Source of the DNA: Gemmatimonas sp.
Lineage (GTDB): Bacteria; Gemmatimonadota; Gemmatimonadetes; Gemmatimonadales; Gemmatimonadaceae
Length of the DNA: 64,000 nucleotides
NCBI GenBank assembly: GCA_965279375.1
Contig: OZ257156.1
Coordinates: 3,008,001-3,072,000 of the forward strand
Reading direction: 5' to 3'
The notes under the pieces were generated by a model, which made no database searches, was not told the DNA's origin, and was given only the letters and a program-made list of their open reading frames with translations. The number at the start of each line of letters is the position of its first letter. The stretch's first letter is position 1. This document shows, one piece after another, positions 18,780 through 27,572 of the stretch. A program made the position numbers and the translations under genes.

Positions 18780-19523
18780 CTAGCGAAGATCAGCTGCCAG
18801 CAACACCAGCACGCGGAACTCAGAGACCGAAACGTCTACGAGGAACCCGATCGTCCGTGGCGCCGACCTACCGAGCGGCGCGATCTCCGAGAATAGCTTG
18901 TACGAATAGCAGTCGCTCTGCGGCAGTTCGCACGACAGATCATTCAAGAAGTTGTGCCTCGCGCCGTCCCAGTCCGCACTCGGCTGCACCGGACCGGTGA
19001 ACGGAGGCGACAGTACCAGTTGGCCGGTACCTGCGCGCGACGCCGACAGAATCTCGAATGGGAACGCCTGCAGACCGGTGACGCCGACCGGCGGCCGCGG
19101 AAAGGTCGGCGTCACCAGCGAGACCGAGAGCAGATTCTCCACCGTCAGGTCAGCGCGAACGAGCACCTTGTTCGGCGACACGGCGCCGACGCTGCCCGCC
19201 GTGAAGTTCGACGTCCGAAGGTTCACCACACCGGTGCCGAGCAGCGAAAACAACACACCGTTCGCGCGTGGCCCGTCGCCGCCGATGGATGCATTCTGTT
19301 GCCCGGACGACAGACCGATCGGTGCTGACGAAACAGCGACGGTTCCCGCACGAAGGTTGAAGTCCAGGACGAACGCAATAGCGCGGTACGTCGCCGCTTG
19401 CTCTGCCCGCGTGGAAGGAGACGTGATCTCCATCGCGCTATCCGCACGGCAGGCGCCAAGCAGGACCGCCAGCGCCGTGACCCACAGTGAATGGCGTTTG
19501 CGTGCCGCCGACAGGATGAACAT
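18780..19523 (-). CDS. Hypothetical lipoprotein, paralogous to N-terminal domain of 46507-48066
   Basis: LLGAC lipobox; shares TPxFPxPPxGVTGxQAFPFEI, PSADW, HNFxND and AADL with the later gene. Confidence 0.7.
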   Translation of the reverse strand: MFILSAARKRHSLWVTALAVLLGACRADSAMEITSPSTRAEQAATYRAIAFVLDFNLRAGTVAVSSAPIGLSSGQQNASIGGDGPRANGVLFSLLGTGVVNLRTSNFTAGSVGAVSPNKVLVRADLTVENLLSVSLVTPTFPRPPVGVTGLQAFPFEILSASRAGTGQLVLSPPFTGPVQPSADWDGARHNFLNDLSCELPQSDCYSYKLFSEIAPLGRSAPRTIGFLVDVSVSEFRVLVLLAADLR

Positions 19524-19540
19524 GATGATCGCGTCCGGGC

Positions 19541-21355
19541 CTAATGGACCGGAGGCTTCGTGACGGGCAACGGGAGCTTGAGATCGGGAAACTTGAAGTC
19601 GGGCAGGGGAGCGACAGGTACCTCGCGCCGACGGCTCGCCGAGCGCGTTGCTTGTCTCCCTCGCTTGCTGGACTGGGCCTCGCTCGACCGCTGCGCCGTT
19701 GACGACGGTGGAGCGGGGACGGCAGACACGGTCAGTTGTCGTCCGTCGCGCTCGACAAGGCCGCCCACGGCCGCACCGAGCGTCGCCATCAATGAGTCCA
19801 CCGCGTTGAGCGGCACATCGACTGCGAGCGAGTCCGTAGCGGCGCGCACCGGCCGGAAGCGGACCGCCAGATCGAACCACTGGAGTATCTCCTCCGCCAC
19901 CCGTGGCGTCGGCTGGCGGGAGAGTGAGAGACGCCCGGCTCGCCAGGCGAACGCGGCGTCGCGCTGCGCTGGCGACAGCACGCTCACTTTAACGTTCGCG
20001 TCCACACCGACGGCGTTACCCGCAGTGACGCGAACGCTTACCGAGTCGTGGACCAGCTCCAGCGATCCGGAGTCCACCTGCACGAGCGTGCGGTCGCCAT
20101 CCTGGTCGAAGGCTGCCGTCACTCCAGACGTCGTCCAGCGATGCGGTCCGGTTGAGATGGCGGCGGGCTTCGCCGAATCGAGCTTGATGGATACCACGGC
20201 TGGACCGGCGATGTGGAGCGCACGTGCGCCGTCTGCAAACCCTTTGCTCGATTGCAGCGATGCGACGGCACCGAGGTGCACAATCGATCCGTCTCCGAGC
20301 GTGATGTCGCGCTGTTGCGCTGGCGCGGTAGTGCTCGACGCACCGGTGGTGTCGGACAGCGCGACGAGCGCCTGTTCTACGGGCGATGCGGCAGTCGCCG
20401 CGCGCACCGCCACGACCATCGCGACCACCACTACGGCCGCGAGGGCGAACACGGCGCCACGGGGCAGCTTTCGCCCTTCATGCTGCTTGATGTAGGCCGC
20501 CGAGCGCAGGTGAGGATGCGCAGCTGCCGATGGTGCGTGATGCGCGTTCGCGTGACCCGTCGACGGCTGCTCGGAGCTCGTTCCTGCATGCGATTGCGCG
20601 GCCCATCGGGCTACCGTGGACGAGGGCGCGACGGGCCGGTCGACATGCGCCACCGACGAGCGTGTCGAAGGCACGGCGGCGGATGTCTCCTTCGCTCGGG
20701 ACATGGCCGACTGGAGCGCTGGCGCGCTGGAGGGCTCCTCGGCCGTGACACGCACGTGCGCTGCCGTCGCTGCCGACGTCGCCATAGCCGTCTGCTGTCG
20801 CGGCGACGGGGCCGTGAGCGCAGAGACCGGAGAGCTCACCGCGGCCGCTTCGGTCGTCGCGACGGGTTGTGCGAGAGGCTGCACGACAGGCTGCACGACA
20901 GGCTGTACGACAGGCCGTGCGACAGCTGCCACCGGAGTCGCCACGAGGCCGGCGGACGGCACGTGCAACGCGCGGTCTTCCGGCAATGCCCGAGCGCGCG
21001 ACGGTCTGTTCTGCAGGCGCTGCTGTACCGCCGCTACGGTCATCAGCTGCAGGTCACCCGGAGGCGTCAGCGCTGCATCGTCAAAGCGAATCGTCTCCAG
21101 ACGTCGATCGGCCTCTAGTTGAATCGCGGCCTGCGCAGTGCGTCGCGCGTGCTGATAGAGCAGGTCTGGAGACGCGAACTGGTCGCGCGCCTGCCACGCC
21201 TCCAGTAGCACACGTTCAACCAACCGCGACCCGATCACTGGATCGCCGAGCTGCACGGTCGCAGCCCAAGCGAGCGTGGGGAAGAGTTCTTCGATGAATC
21301 GGTCGGCGGGCAGTTCAACAACGAACGCGGCGACGGACTGGGCGACATGCGTCAT
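19541..21355 (-). CDS. FecR-domain membrane protein with N-terminal ECF sigma region-2-like segment and long low-complexity linker
   Basis: After TM helix: TTAPAQQRDITLGDGSIVHL, VQVDSGSLEL, AWRAGRL (FecR/FecR_C). N-terminal LGDPVIGSRLVERVLLEAW. Start may be as far up as 21442. Confidence 0.7.
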   Translation of the reverse strand: MTHVAQSVAAFVVELPADRFIEELFPTLAWAATVQLGDPVIGSRLVERVLLEAWQARDQFASPDLLYQHARRTAQAAIQLEADRRLETIRFDDAALTPPGDLQLMTVAAVQQRLQNRPSRARALPEDRALHVPSAGLVATPVAAVARPVVQPVVQPVVQPLAQPVATTEAAAVSSPVSALTAPSPRQQTAMATSAATAAHVRVTAEEPSSAPALQSAMSRAKETSAAVPSTRSSVAHVDRPVAPSSTVARWAAQSHAGTSSEQPSTGHANAHHAPSAAAHPHLRSAAYIKQHEGRKLPRGAVFALAAVVVVAMVVAVRAATAASPVEQALVALSDTTGASSTTAPAQQRDITLGDGSIVHLGAVASLQSSKGFADGARALHIAGPAVVSIKLDSAKPAAISTGPHRWTTSGVTAAFDQDGDRTLVQVDSGSLELVHDSVSVRVTAGNAVGVDANVKVSVLSPAQRDAAFAWRAGRLSLSRQPTPRVAEEILQWFDLAVRFRPVRAATDSLAVDVPLNAVDSLMATLGAAVGGLVERDGRQLTVSAVPAPPSSTAQRSSEAQSSKRGRQATRSASRRREVPVAPLPDFKFPDLKLPLPVTKPPVH

Positions 21356-21510
21356 GAACGAAAGCTGCGCCGCACGTTCGCTGCGCGCAGCAGCGCGCGC
21401 GTTTCGACCCGGCGAGTTCCGGTCAAGAAGCGGTAACGGCACTCCCGCACTCTTCGTGACCGAGGGCTACCACGGTCATGACTCGTGGCCACTGACCCGC
21501 GCGAAACGAG

Positions 21511-21540
21511 AAACGGGGGACCCGCGTGGGTCCCCCGTTT
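21511..21540 (-). terminator. Rho-independent terminator (possibly bidirectional) after DUF1501 gene
   Basis: Perfect hairpin AAACGGGGGACCC-GCGT-GGGTCCCCCGTTT. Confidence 0.85.
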
Positions 21541-21564
21541 GATTTAACCGCGTATTGCCGACGG

Positions 21565-22875
21565 TCAGGGCCGCGTGACGCCGTACACCTTGGGTACGTA
21601 GCCGGGGAATACGGTTGAGATGTTCGGATTGCCCAAGCGGTTCTGCACGATCTCGGCGAGAATGTCGCGGTGATCGAGCGTGACCTTGAGATCCTGTCCG
21701 CTCTCCAGATTGTCGCGCGACAAGCCCGGCCAGCCGTTGATGAGCACCTTGCCGCCGGCGATCTTCTTGCCCATCGCGAACGCGACGTTTCCGCGACCAT
21801 GATCCGTGCCGCGATTGCCGTTCTCACGCGCGTTGCGACCGAATTCCGACACGACGACGACGGTCACACCGTACGACGTCGTGCCCATGATCACGTCGGA
21901 GTAGAAGGCGGCCAGCGTGCTCGAGAGCTCCAGCATCTTGCCGTGCATGTAGCCACCGTCGAGCGTGGCGATCGGTCCGGCCGTGGCGTGCGTGTCCCAG
22001 CCGCCGTTGAACGCGTGCACCGCTTCGACACCGACATCCGCCTTGATCAACGCGGCCGCCGACTTGAGCGCGTTGCCGAAGCCCGTGTTGGGGTACACGG
22101 CGCCGTTGGATGGCGCGTAGCCCGTGAAATTGATGGCCTGCAACAGCGACATCGTGTTCGTGGTGTCGAGCGCATTCGAACTCACCGGATCCAGCGCAGT
22201 GCCGTAGTTGCTCGCCAGCCAACTCGAGCGCGCGGCACCGGTGGCGTTGCTGCCACCGATCGCGGCATTGGCCGGGTTGGGAATCGGTAGCGCCTTGGGC
22301 GCGCCCGACAATGTCTGCGGCATACCGGTGGTGAGACCGAGGGCGCGCAGCGGTGCGGTGGTGCGGATCGGCGTTGACGTCGCCAGATGCCGTCCCAGCC
22401 ACCCCGAGGTCAAGCTCGGATCTGCCGGCTTACCCACTTCCATGTAGCGCTGCGCGTCGAAGTGCGAGCGCGAGTTGTTGATGGACCCCGTGGCGTGCGC
22501 CACGAGAAGATGACCGGCGGTGTACGCTGGCATCAACGGCGTCATGCCCGGCGCGAAACCGAAGAAGTTGTCGAGCGCGGTCAGCTTGGGACCCGTGCCG
22601 GCCGCATCAGGACGCGGGATCGCGATGTTCGGGCGCCCCGTGTAGTAGTCCGGATCGCCGAAGGGCGAGACCAGCGACATGCCGTCCACGCCACCACTCA
22701 GGAACACCGAGATGATGATGTCGCGGTTGGACGCCGACGTCTGCGCAAGCACGACGTTGGGCAACCACGTCGGCAGGAATGCGGCGATGCCGAAACCGGT
22801 CGCCGTCATCAGGAAGTCGCGGCGCGCGAGTTGGTTGTACTCCGTGCACGCGTTGTCGAAGTGCTCGTCAGTCAT
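21565..22875 (-). CDS. DUF1501 family Tat-exported protein
   Basis: ARRDFL Tat motif, FLSGGVDG, RSHFDAQ, GWLGR, GGWDTH, SEFGR, GTDHG. Confidence 0.9.
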   Translation of the reverse strand: MTDEHFDNACTEYNQLARRDFLMTATGFGIAAFLPTWLPNVVLAQTSASNRDIIISVFLSGGVDGMSLVSPFGDPDYYTGRPNIAIPRPDAAGTGPKLTALDNFFGFAPGMTPLMPAYTAGHLLVAHATGSINNSRSHFDAQRYMEVGKPADPSLTSGWLGRHLATSTPIRTTAPLRALGLTTGMPQTLSGAPKALPIPNPANAAIGGSNATGAARSSWLASNYGTALDPVSSNALDTTNTMSLLQAINFTGYAPSNGAVYPNTGFGNALKSAAALIKADVGVEAVHAFNGGWDTHATAGPIATLDGGYMHGKMLELSSTLAAFYSDVIMGTTSYGVTVVVVSEFGRNARENGNRGTDHGRGNVAFAMGKKIAGGKVLINGWPGLSRDNLESGQDLKVTLDHRDILAEIVQNRLGNPNISTVFPGYVPKVYGVTRP

Positions 22876-22928
22876 GCATGCCACCCAGAGAAGTTGAAGA
22901 CGCTGGTACGGTCGACGGAATCACTCGA

Positions 22929-24494
22929 CTAGAACCACTGAAACTGATTGGCGCTGCCTGCGAGCGACAACGTCTCGCGCACACGCGCATCGTTGTAGGT
23001 CCCGCCGCGCAGATACGTCAGCAGCGACGTGCGCAACGCGGCCGGCATCTCACCGCCGTACATGCGGGTGTTGATCTGCGCGACGACGCCGTCCGCCGTG
23101 TCCGGCGTGCGGAACGGCGCGGTGTCCACGCGCGTCTGCGCGGCGTTGTTGCGGTTGGACATGTCTACCATGAAGCTCCACCGCCCCAACACGAGACCAC
23201 TCCACCAATCCACGCGGTCGGGATAGCCGTTGGGCTGTTCCCAGAAGAAGATCGGCTGGCCCATCTGGTCGGCGCGCTGCCGCACCGAACGCACGTTCGC
23301 GACGGTCGCGCCCATGCCGCGCAGCGCCGACGTGGCGAGATGGAACGGGCGCTTGTACTTCGCAGGTGCCGCCGTGAGGTTCTTCGCCGAGAGAATCGTG
23401 CGAATCATCGAGGGGATGTCGCCATTCGTCGCGGTGAACACCGCAGCGGTCGCATCCACCACCGCCTGCGGCGGCGTGTAGGCCAGCAGCCAGCGCGACA
23501 TCTTGAGCGCGATGTACTTCGCCGTCGCGGGATGATTGAGCAGCATGTCGATCGCCGACTCGCCTTCAGCCAACTGCAGTGCGGCCGTGTTGGTCGCCGT
23601 TCCACCCGGGAACGCGCGCCCGAGGAACGTCTTGGCGCCGTTGTCGTGATTGCCGGTGGAGAAGTTGAAGTCGCCGTTGCCGGCCACGGTCCACCCGGTC
23701 AGAATGCGCGAGAGCTCAGCGACGTCGTTCTGCGTGTAGCCGTTGTCCACGCCCAGCGTGTGCAGCTCCATGATTTCGCGCGCGTAGTTCTGGTTCGGCG
23801 CGCCACGCGTGCTGCGATTCTGGTCGAGATACACCAGCATCGCGCCGCTCTTGGAGGTCGCCTTGAGCAGCGTCTTGAAGTTGCCAAGCGCGTGCAGGCG
23901 AATCACGTCGCGGTCGTCGGTGATCTTGCGAACGCCGACCTTGTTCATGCTGATCGTGAAGTGGTCGGTCCAGAACTCGACCATCCGCTCCTTCAGCTGG
24001 CGCTTCGAGAACGCCGCGCGATAGAGCGCCGAGTCGCTCAGCTGATTCATCGCTTCGTTGCTGTCGACGCCTGCCGCGACGAGCTGCGGATACGTCCAGT
24101 TGGTCATCGGCATCGTCGCGGTGATCGCCGTCTCCACCGCCGTATCATCGATGCTGGCCGGCGCGAGATGGTAATTCAGATAGCCCGCGTATCCCAGGCG
24201 ACGCGCAATCGCGACTTCATCCGGCGACATACCCATCGTGATGCGACGGACGAGCCGGAGCACGGGATCCTTCCAGTCGGCGGATGCATCCACCTTCGCG
24301 CCAGTCGGTGTCGACGGCTGAAAGGGATTCGGGCGACCACGGCTGGTCTGCGCATCGGCCGTTCGCGTGGCAGCGAGTGCCGCCGCAGCGGTCGCACCCA
24401 TGGCAAAGAAACGGCGGCGACTCGGACGGGTGTCGTCCGTCTCGCTCGTCTGGTCGGTGTGCTCAGTCGGGTCCGACTCGAGGTTCGTAGTCAT
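22929..24494 (-). CDS. DUF1800 family Tat-exported protein
   Basis: SRRRFF, QLKERMVEFWTDHF, MLVYLD, NQNYAREIMELHTLG, YTQNDV, HPATA. Confidence 0.9.
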   Translation of the reverse strand: MTTNLESDPTEHTDQTSETDDTRPSRRRFFAMGATAAAALAATRTADAQTSRGRPNPFQPSTPTGAKVDASADWKDPVLRLVRRITMGMSPDEVAIARRLGYAGYLNYHLAPASIDDTAVETAITATMPMTNWTYPQLVAAGVDSNEAMNQLSDSALYRAAFSKRQLKERMVEFWTDHFTISMNKVGVRKITDDRDVIRLHALGNFKTLLKATSKSGAMLVYLDQNRSTRGAPNQNYAREIMELHTLGVDNGYTQNDVAELSRILTGWTVAGNGDFNFSTGNHDNGAKTFLGRAFPGGTATNTAALQLAEGESAIDMLLNHPATAKYIALKMSRWLLAYTPPQAVVDATAAVFTATNGDIPSMIRTILSAKNLTAAPAKYKRPFHLATSALRGMGATVANVRSVRQRADQMGQPIFFWEQPNGYPDRVDWWSGLVLGRWSFMVDMSNRNNAAQTRVDTAPFRTPDTADGVVAQINTRMYGGEMPAALRTSLLTYLRGGTYNDARVRETLSLAGSANQFQWF

Positions 24495-24771
24495 CCGAAT
24501 ACCGGTGCACGTGGCTGGAAAAACGACGGGCTGCAGCGAAGAGCGACGCTGGCCGGGGACTCGACCAACCAGCGTTGCGAACTCGTCAGGACTATCCGAC
24601 ACGAACGCTCGGGTTCGAGCGACGGATAGTCAACCATGAATTGTGATAAATGCAGCGTTGTCCGGCACGAAATGTCACGTAGTCACTACAAGCCGCGGCA
24701 ATCGCGCCGGAACCTACCGTTGCAACGAGCACGCCACCGGCGCTGGCGCACCTCGACGTCAACAAAGACGA

Positions 24772-26055
24772 TCAGAGCGTACGAGCGTTAATTCCGTAGA
24801 TCGCCTGGAGCAGTGCCAGGGCCACAAAGCCGACCACGCCGCCGAAGCCCAGAATGAGCACAGGTTCCAGCAGCGTGACAGCCTTGGTCACCGCACCCTG
24901 TACGTCGCCCTCAGCGGCCTCCGCGGCGCGTGACGCCATGACCGGGAGGTCTCCGCCCGCCTCGCCTGCCTCCAGCAGCCGCACCGCCAGCGGAGGCAGC
25001 ACTCCGGTGAGCCCTCCGGCGAGTGTGCCGCCGTCCCGCACCCGCAGCTCGGCGGCGGCCAGGTCATCGTTCAGGCGCGAGTTGGGCACCACGGCGCGCG
25101 CCAACGCCATGGACGAGAGCAGGGGGACGCCCGACCGCAACGCGACCGCCAGGGTGCCCGCGTAGCCGGCCGCGGCGCGCGTGCGGAGCAGCCGCCCGAC
25201 GACAGGCCACCGCAGTACCGCCGCGTCCACGCGACGGCGCCATGATGAATCGTTCATCGCACGACGCCAGAGCACGGCGCTGAGCATCGCCAGCAGCAGG
25301 GCAATCCACCACCCGCGCGTCACCGCCGCACTCGCTGCAATGAGGAGCCGCGTACTCGTCGGCAGCGTCCCACCGCTCTCCTCGATCATCCCGGCGAAGC
25401 GCGGCACCACCAGCAGCATGATGACCGTGACACCCACCACCGAGGCCAGCCCAAGGATGGCCGGATAGACGAGCGCACCCTGCAGTCGTCGGCGCACCGC
25501 ATCGCTACGCTCGACATGGTCGGCCAGCATGACGAGCGCGGCACTCAACGTGCCCGAGGCTTCACCAGCCGCGATGGTCGGCGCAAAATACGACGGAAAG
25601 AGCGCATCGCGGGTGATCGCGCTCGCGAGGCTTTGTCCGTTGCGGACCGCGTCGCGCACGCGCGTGAAGCTCTGGCGCGAAGCGTCATCGGGAGCCTGCG
25701 ACACCGCAAACGCCAGCGCACGATCGAGCGGCACTCCGGCCGACAACAACGTGGCCATGGCGCGCGTGACGATGGCGAGATCACGTGCGCTGGCACCGGT
25801 GCGCTGCGGCCACCAACGCGGCGACGTGGCGCCGCTCGACATCGGTGAACCCGACACGGAGTTCACCGACTGCGCCGCCCCCACGTCGCGCGACGCATTC
25901 GACGATGGCGTGAGCGTCGTCACCCACAACGATCGCCTGCGCAACGCATCGATGGCCTCGCGCTCGGAGGCGGCCTCGATTTCTCCCGAGACGGGCGCGC
26001 CGGCCGCGTCGGCCGCAACGTATCGCCAGCGCACGCCGCTGGTCGTCGCCGTCAC
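24772..26055 (-). CDS. gspF: Type II secretion inner-membrane platform protein F
   Basis: LLSAGVPL, AGEASGTL, ALVYP, VVPRF, LP..T, LLEP; GTG start overlapping gspE stop. Confidence 0.9.
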   Translation of the reverse strand: MTATTSGVRWRYVAADAAGAPVSGEIEAASEREAIDALRRRSLWVTTLTPSSNASRDVGAAQSVNSVSGSPMSSGATSPRWWPQRTGASARDLAIVTRAMATLLSAGVPLDRALAFAVSQAPDDASRQSFTRVRDAVRNGQSLASAITRDALFPSYFAPTIAAGEASGTLSAALVMLADHVERSDAVRRRLQGALVYPAILGLASVVGVTVIMLLVVPRFAGMIEESGGTLPTSTRLLIAASAAVTRGWWIALLLAMLSAVLWRRAMNDSSWRRRVDAAVLRWPVVGRLLRTRAAAGYAGTLAVALRSGVPLLSSMALARAVVPNSRLNDDLAAAELRVRDGGTLAGGLTGVLPPLAVRLLEAGEAGGDLPVMASRAAEAAEGDVQGAVTKAVTLLEPVLILGFGGVVGFVALALLQAIYGINARTL

Positions 26056-27572
26056 CGTCCGTCGTCCTCGCTGACGACGCGCGCGACCTCGTCCACCGTG
26101 GTACGTCCTTCGCGCACAAGTCGCCAGCCATCGTCGCGCAACGACGCGACCCCGCGCGTGCGCGCCAGCGTGCGAAGCTGCTCGAGCGACGCACCGGACA
26201 CGAACGCCTGCCGCATCGATTCGTCGAGCGCGAGCAGTTCCGAGATTGCCGCACGTCCGCGAAAGCCCGTGCCTGCGCACTGTGCACAGCCACCGCCCGA
26301 TCGAAGTTGGGTGATGGGAAGCGCCGGCGCCGACGCACCGCCAACCCCACCCATGAGGGCGATTTCGTCGCTCGTTGGAGCACGCCACTCGGCGCACGAA
26401 CTGCACACCGTACGCACCAAGCGCTGCGCGAGTACACCGTGCAGGGTGGCGGACAGCAGATACGGTGGCACCCCCATCTCCGCGAGACGTGGTAGCGCAC
26501 CGGTGGCATCGGTGGTGTGCAACGTGCTGAGCACCAGATGGCCGGTCAGCGCGGCCTGCACGGCAATCTCCGCCGTCTCCGCATCGCGCATCTCGCCCAC
26601 GAGAATCACATCGGGATCATGGCGCAGGATCGCTCGCAGCGCATTCGCAAACCCGAATCCTGCCTTGGTGTTGACGGGCAACTGTACGACGCCATCGAGG
26701 CGATACTCCACGGGATCTTCCACCGTGACCACCTTCACGCCCGGCGTGCTGCGTTCAGCCAGTGCGGCGTAGAGCGTCGTCGTCTTGCCGGAGCCCGTTG
26801 GGCCAGTCACCAGCACCAGCCCCGACGAGCGCGCCAGCATGCGCGACAGCTCAGCACGCACCGCGTCCGACATCCCGAGTTCGGCGAGACGACGCGTCTC
26901 CGTGCCGCCGCCTCCGTCGAGCAGACGCAGTACCAGACTTTCGCCGTGCAATGCGGGCAGCGTGCTCACACGGATATCCAGCTCGCGTGCGCCGATGCGT
27001 ATGCGAGTGCGGCCGTCCTGCGGCAGGCGACGTTCAGCGATGTCGAGCCCCGCCAGCACTTTGAGCCGCGAGATGACCGCCGCCTGAAAGCCCATTCCCA
27101 GCTGCTGCGCGTCGTGCAGCACTCCATCGAGTCGCAGCCGAATGCGAAGCCCGCTCTCCACCGATTCCACGTGGATGTCACTCGCGCCCGCCTGCATCGC
27201 TTCGGCCAGCATCGCGTTCACTACCTGCACCACGGGTTCGCGACTCGCGAGCGCGCGCAGGTCGTCCAGTGTCTCGGCGTGCTCGCCGAGCAGGGGGTCG
27301 TTCGCGCTGGATGTCGCGGTGTGGCCGCGCGGCGCCGACACGAGCGCAGCTCGAATGTCCGCAGCCGGGAAGGGCACCACCCGCACTGCAGCGCCTAGCG
27401 TGCGCGCGAGCGCATCCTGCACGAGCGTGGGCGGCGCGCCGTCGCTCGCGACGAGCACGACGCCGTCCTCGAGCGCCAGCGGCAGCACCGCGTACTCCTC
27501 GAGCCAGCGCGCCGGGAAGCGCAGCGCCAACGCACCGGCCGCCGCGGTGCGAAGATCCCGGGCGTCACTCAT
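26052..27572 (-). CDS. gspE: Type II secretion ATPase E
   Basis: ASDIH, LPQDGR, GPTGSGKTTTLY, EDPVEY, DPDVILVGEMRD, TGHLVLSTLH, tetra-Cys motif. Confidence 0.95.
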   Translation of the reverse strand: MSDARDLRTAAAGALALRFPARWLEEYAVLPLALEDGVVLVASDGAPPTLVQDALARTLGAAVRVVPFPAADIRAALVSAPRGHTATSSANDPLLGEHAETLDDLRALASREPVVQVVNAMLAEAMQAGASDIHVESVESGLRIRLRLDGVLHDAQQLGMGFQAAVISRLKVLAGLDIAERRLPQDGRTRIRIGARELDIRVSTLPALHGESLVLRLLDGGGGTETRRLAELGMSDAVRAELSRMLARSSGLVLVTGPTGSGKTTTLYAALAERSTPGVKVVTVEDPVEYRLDGVVQLPVNTKAGFGFANALRAILRHDPDVILVGEMRDAETAEIAVQAALTGHLVLSTLHTTDATGALPRLAEMGVPPYLLSATLHGVLAQRLVRTVCSSCAEWRAPTSDEIALMGGVGGASAPALPITQLRSGGGCAQCAGTGFRGRAAISELLALDESMRQAFVSGASLEQLRTLARTRGVASLRDDGWRLVREGRTTVDEVARVVSEDDGR

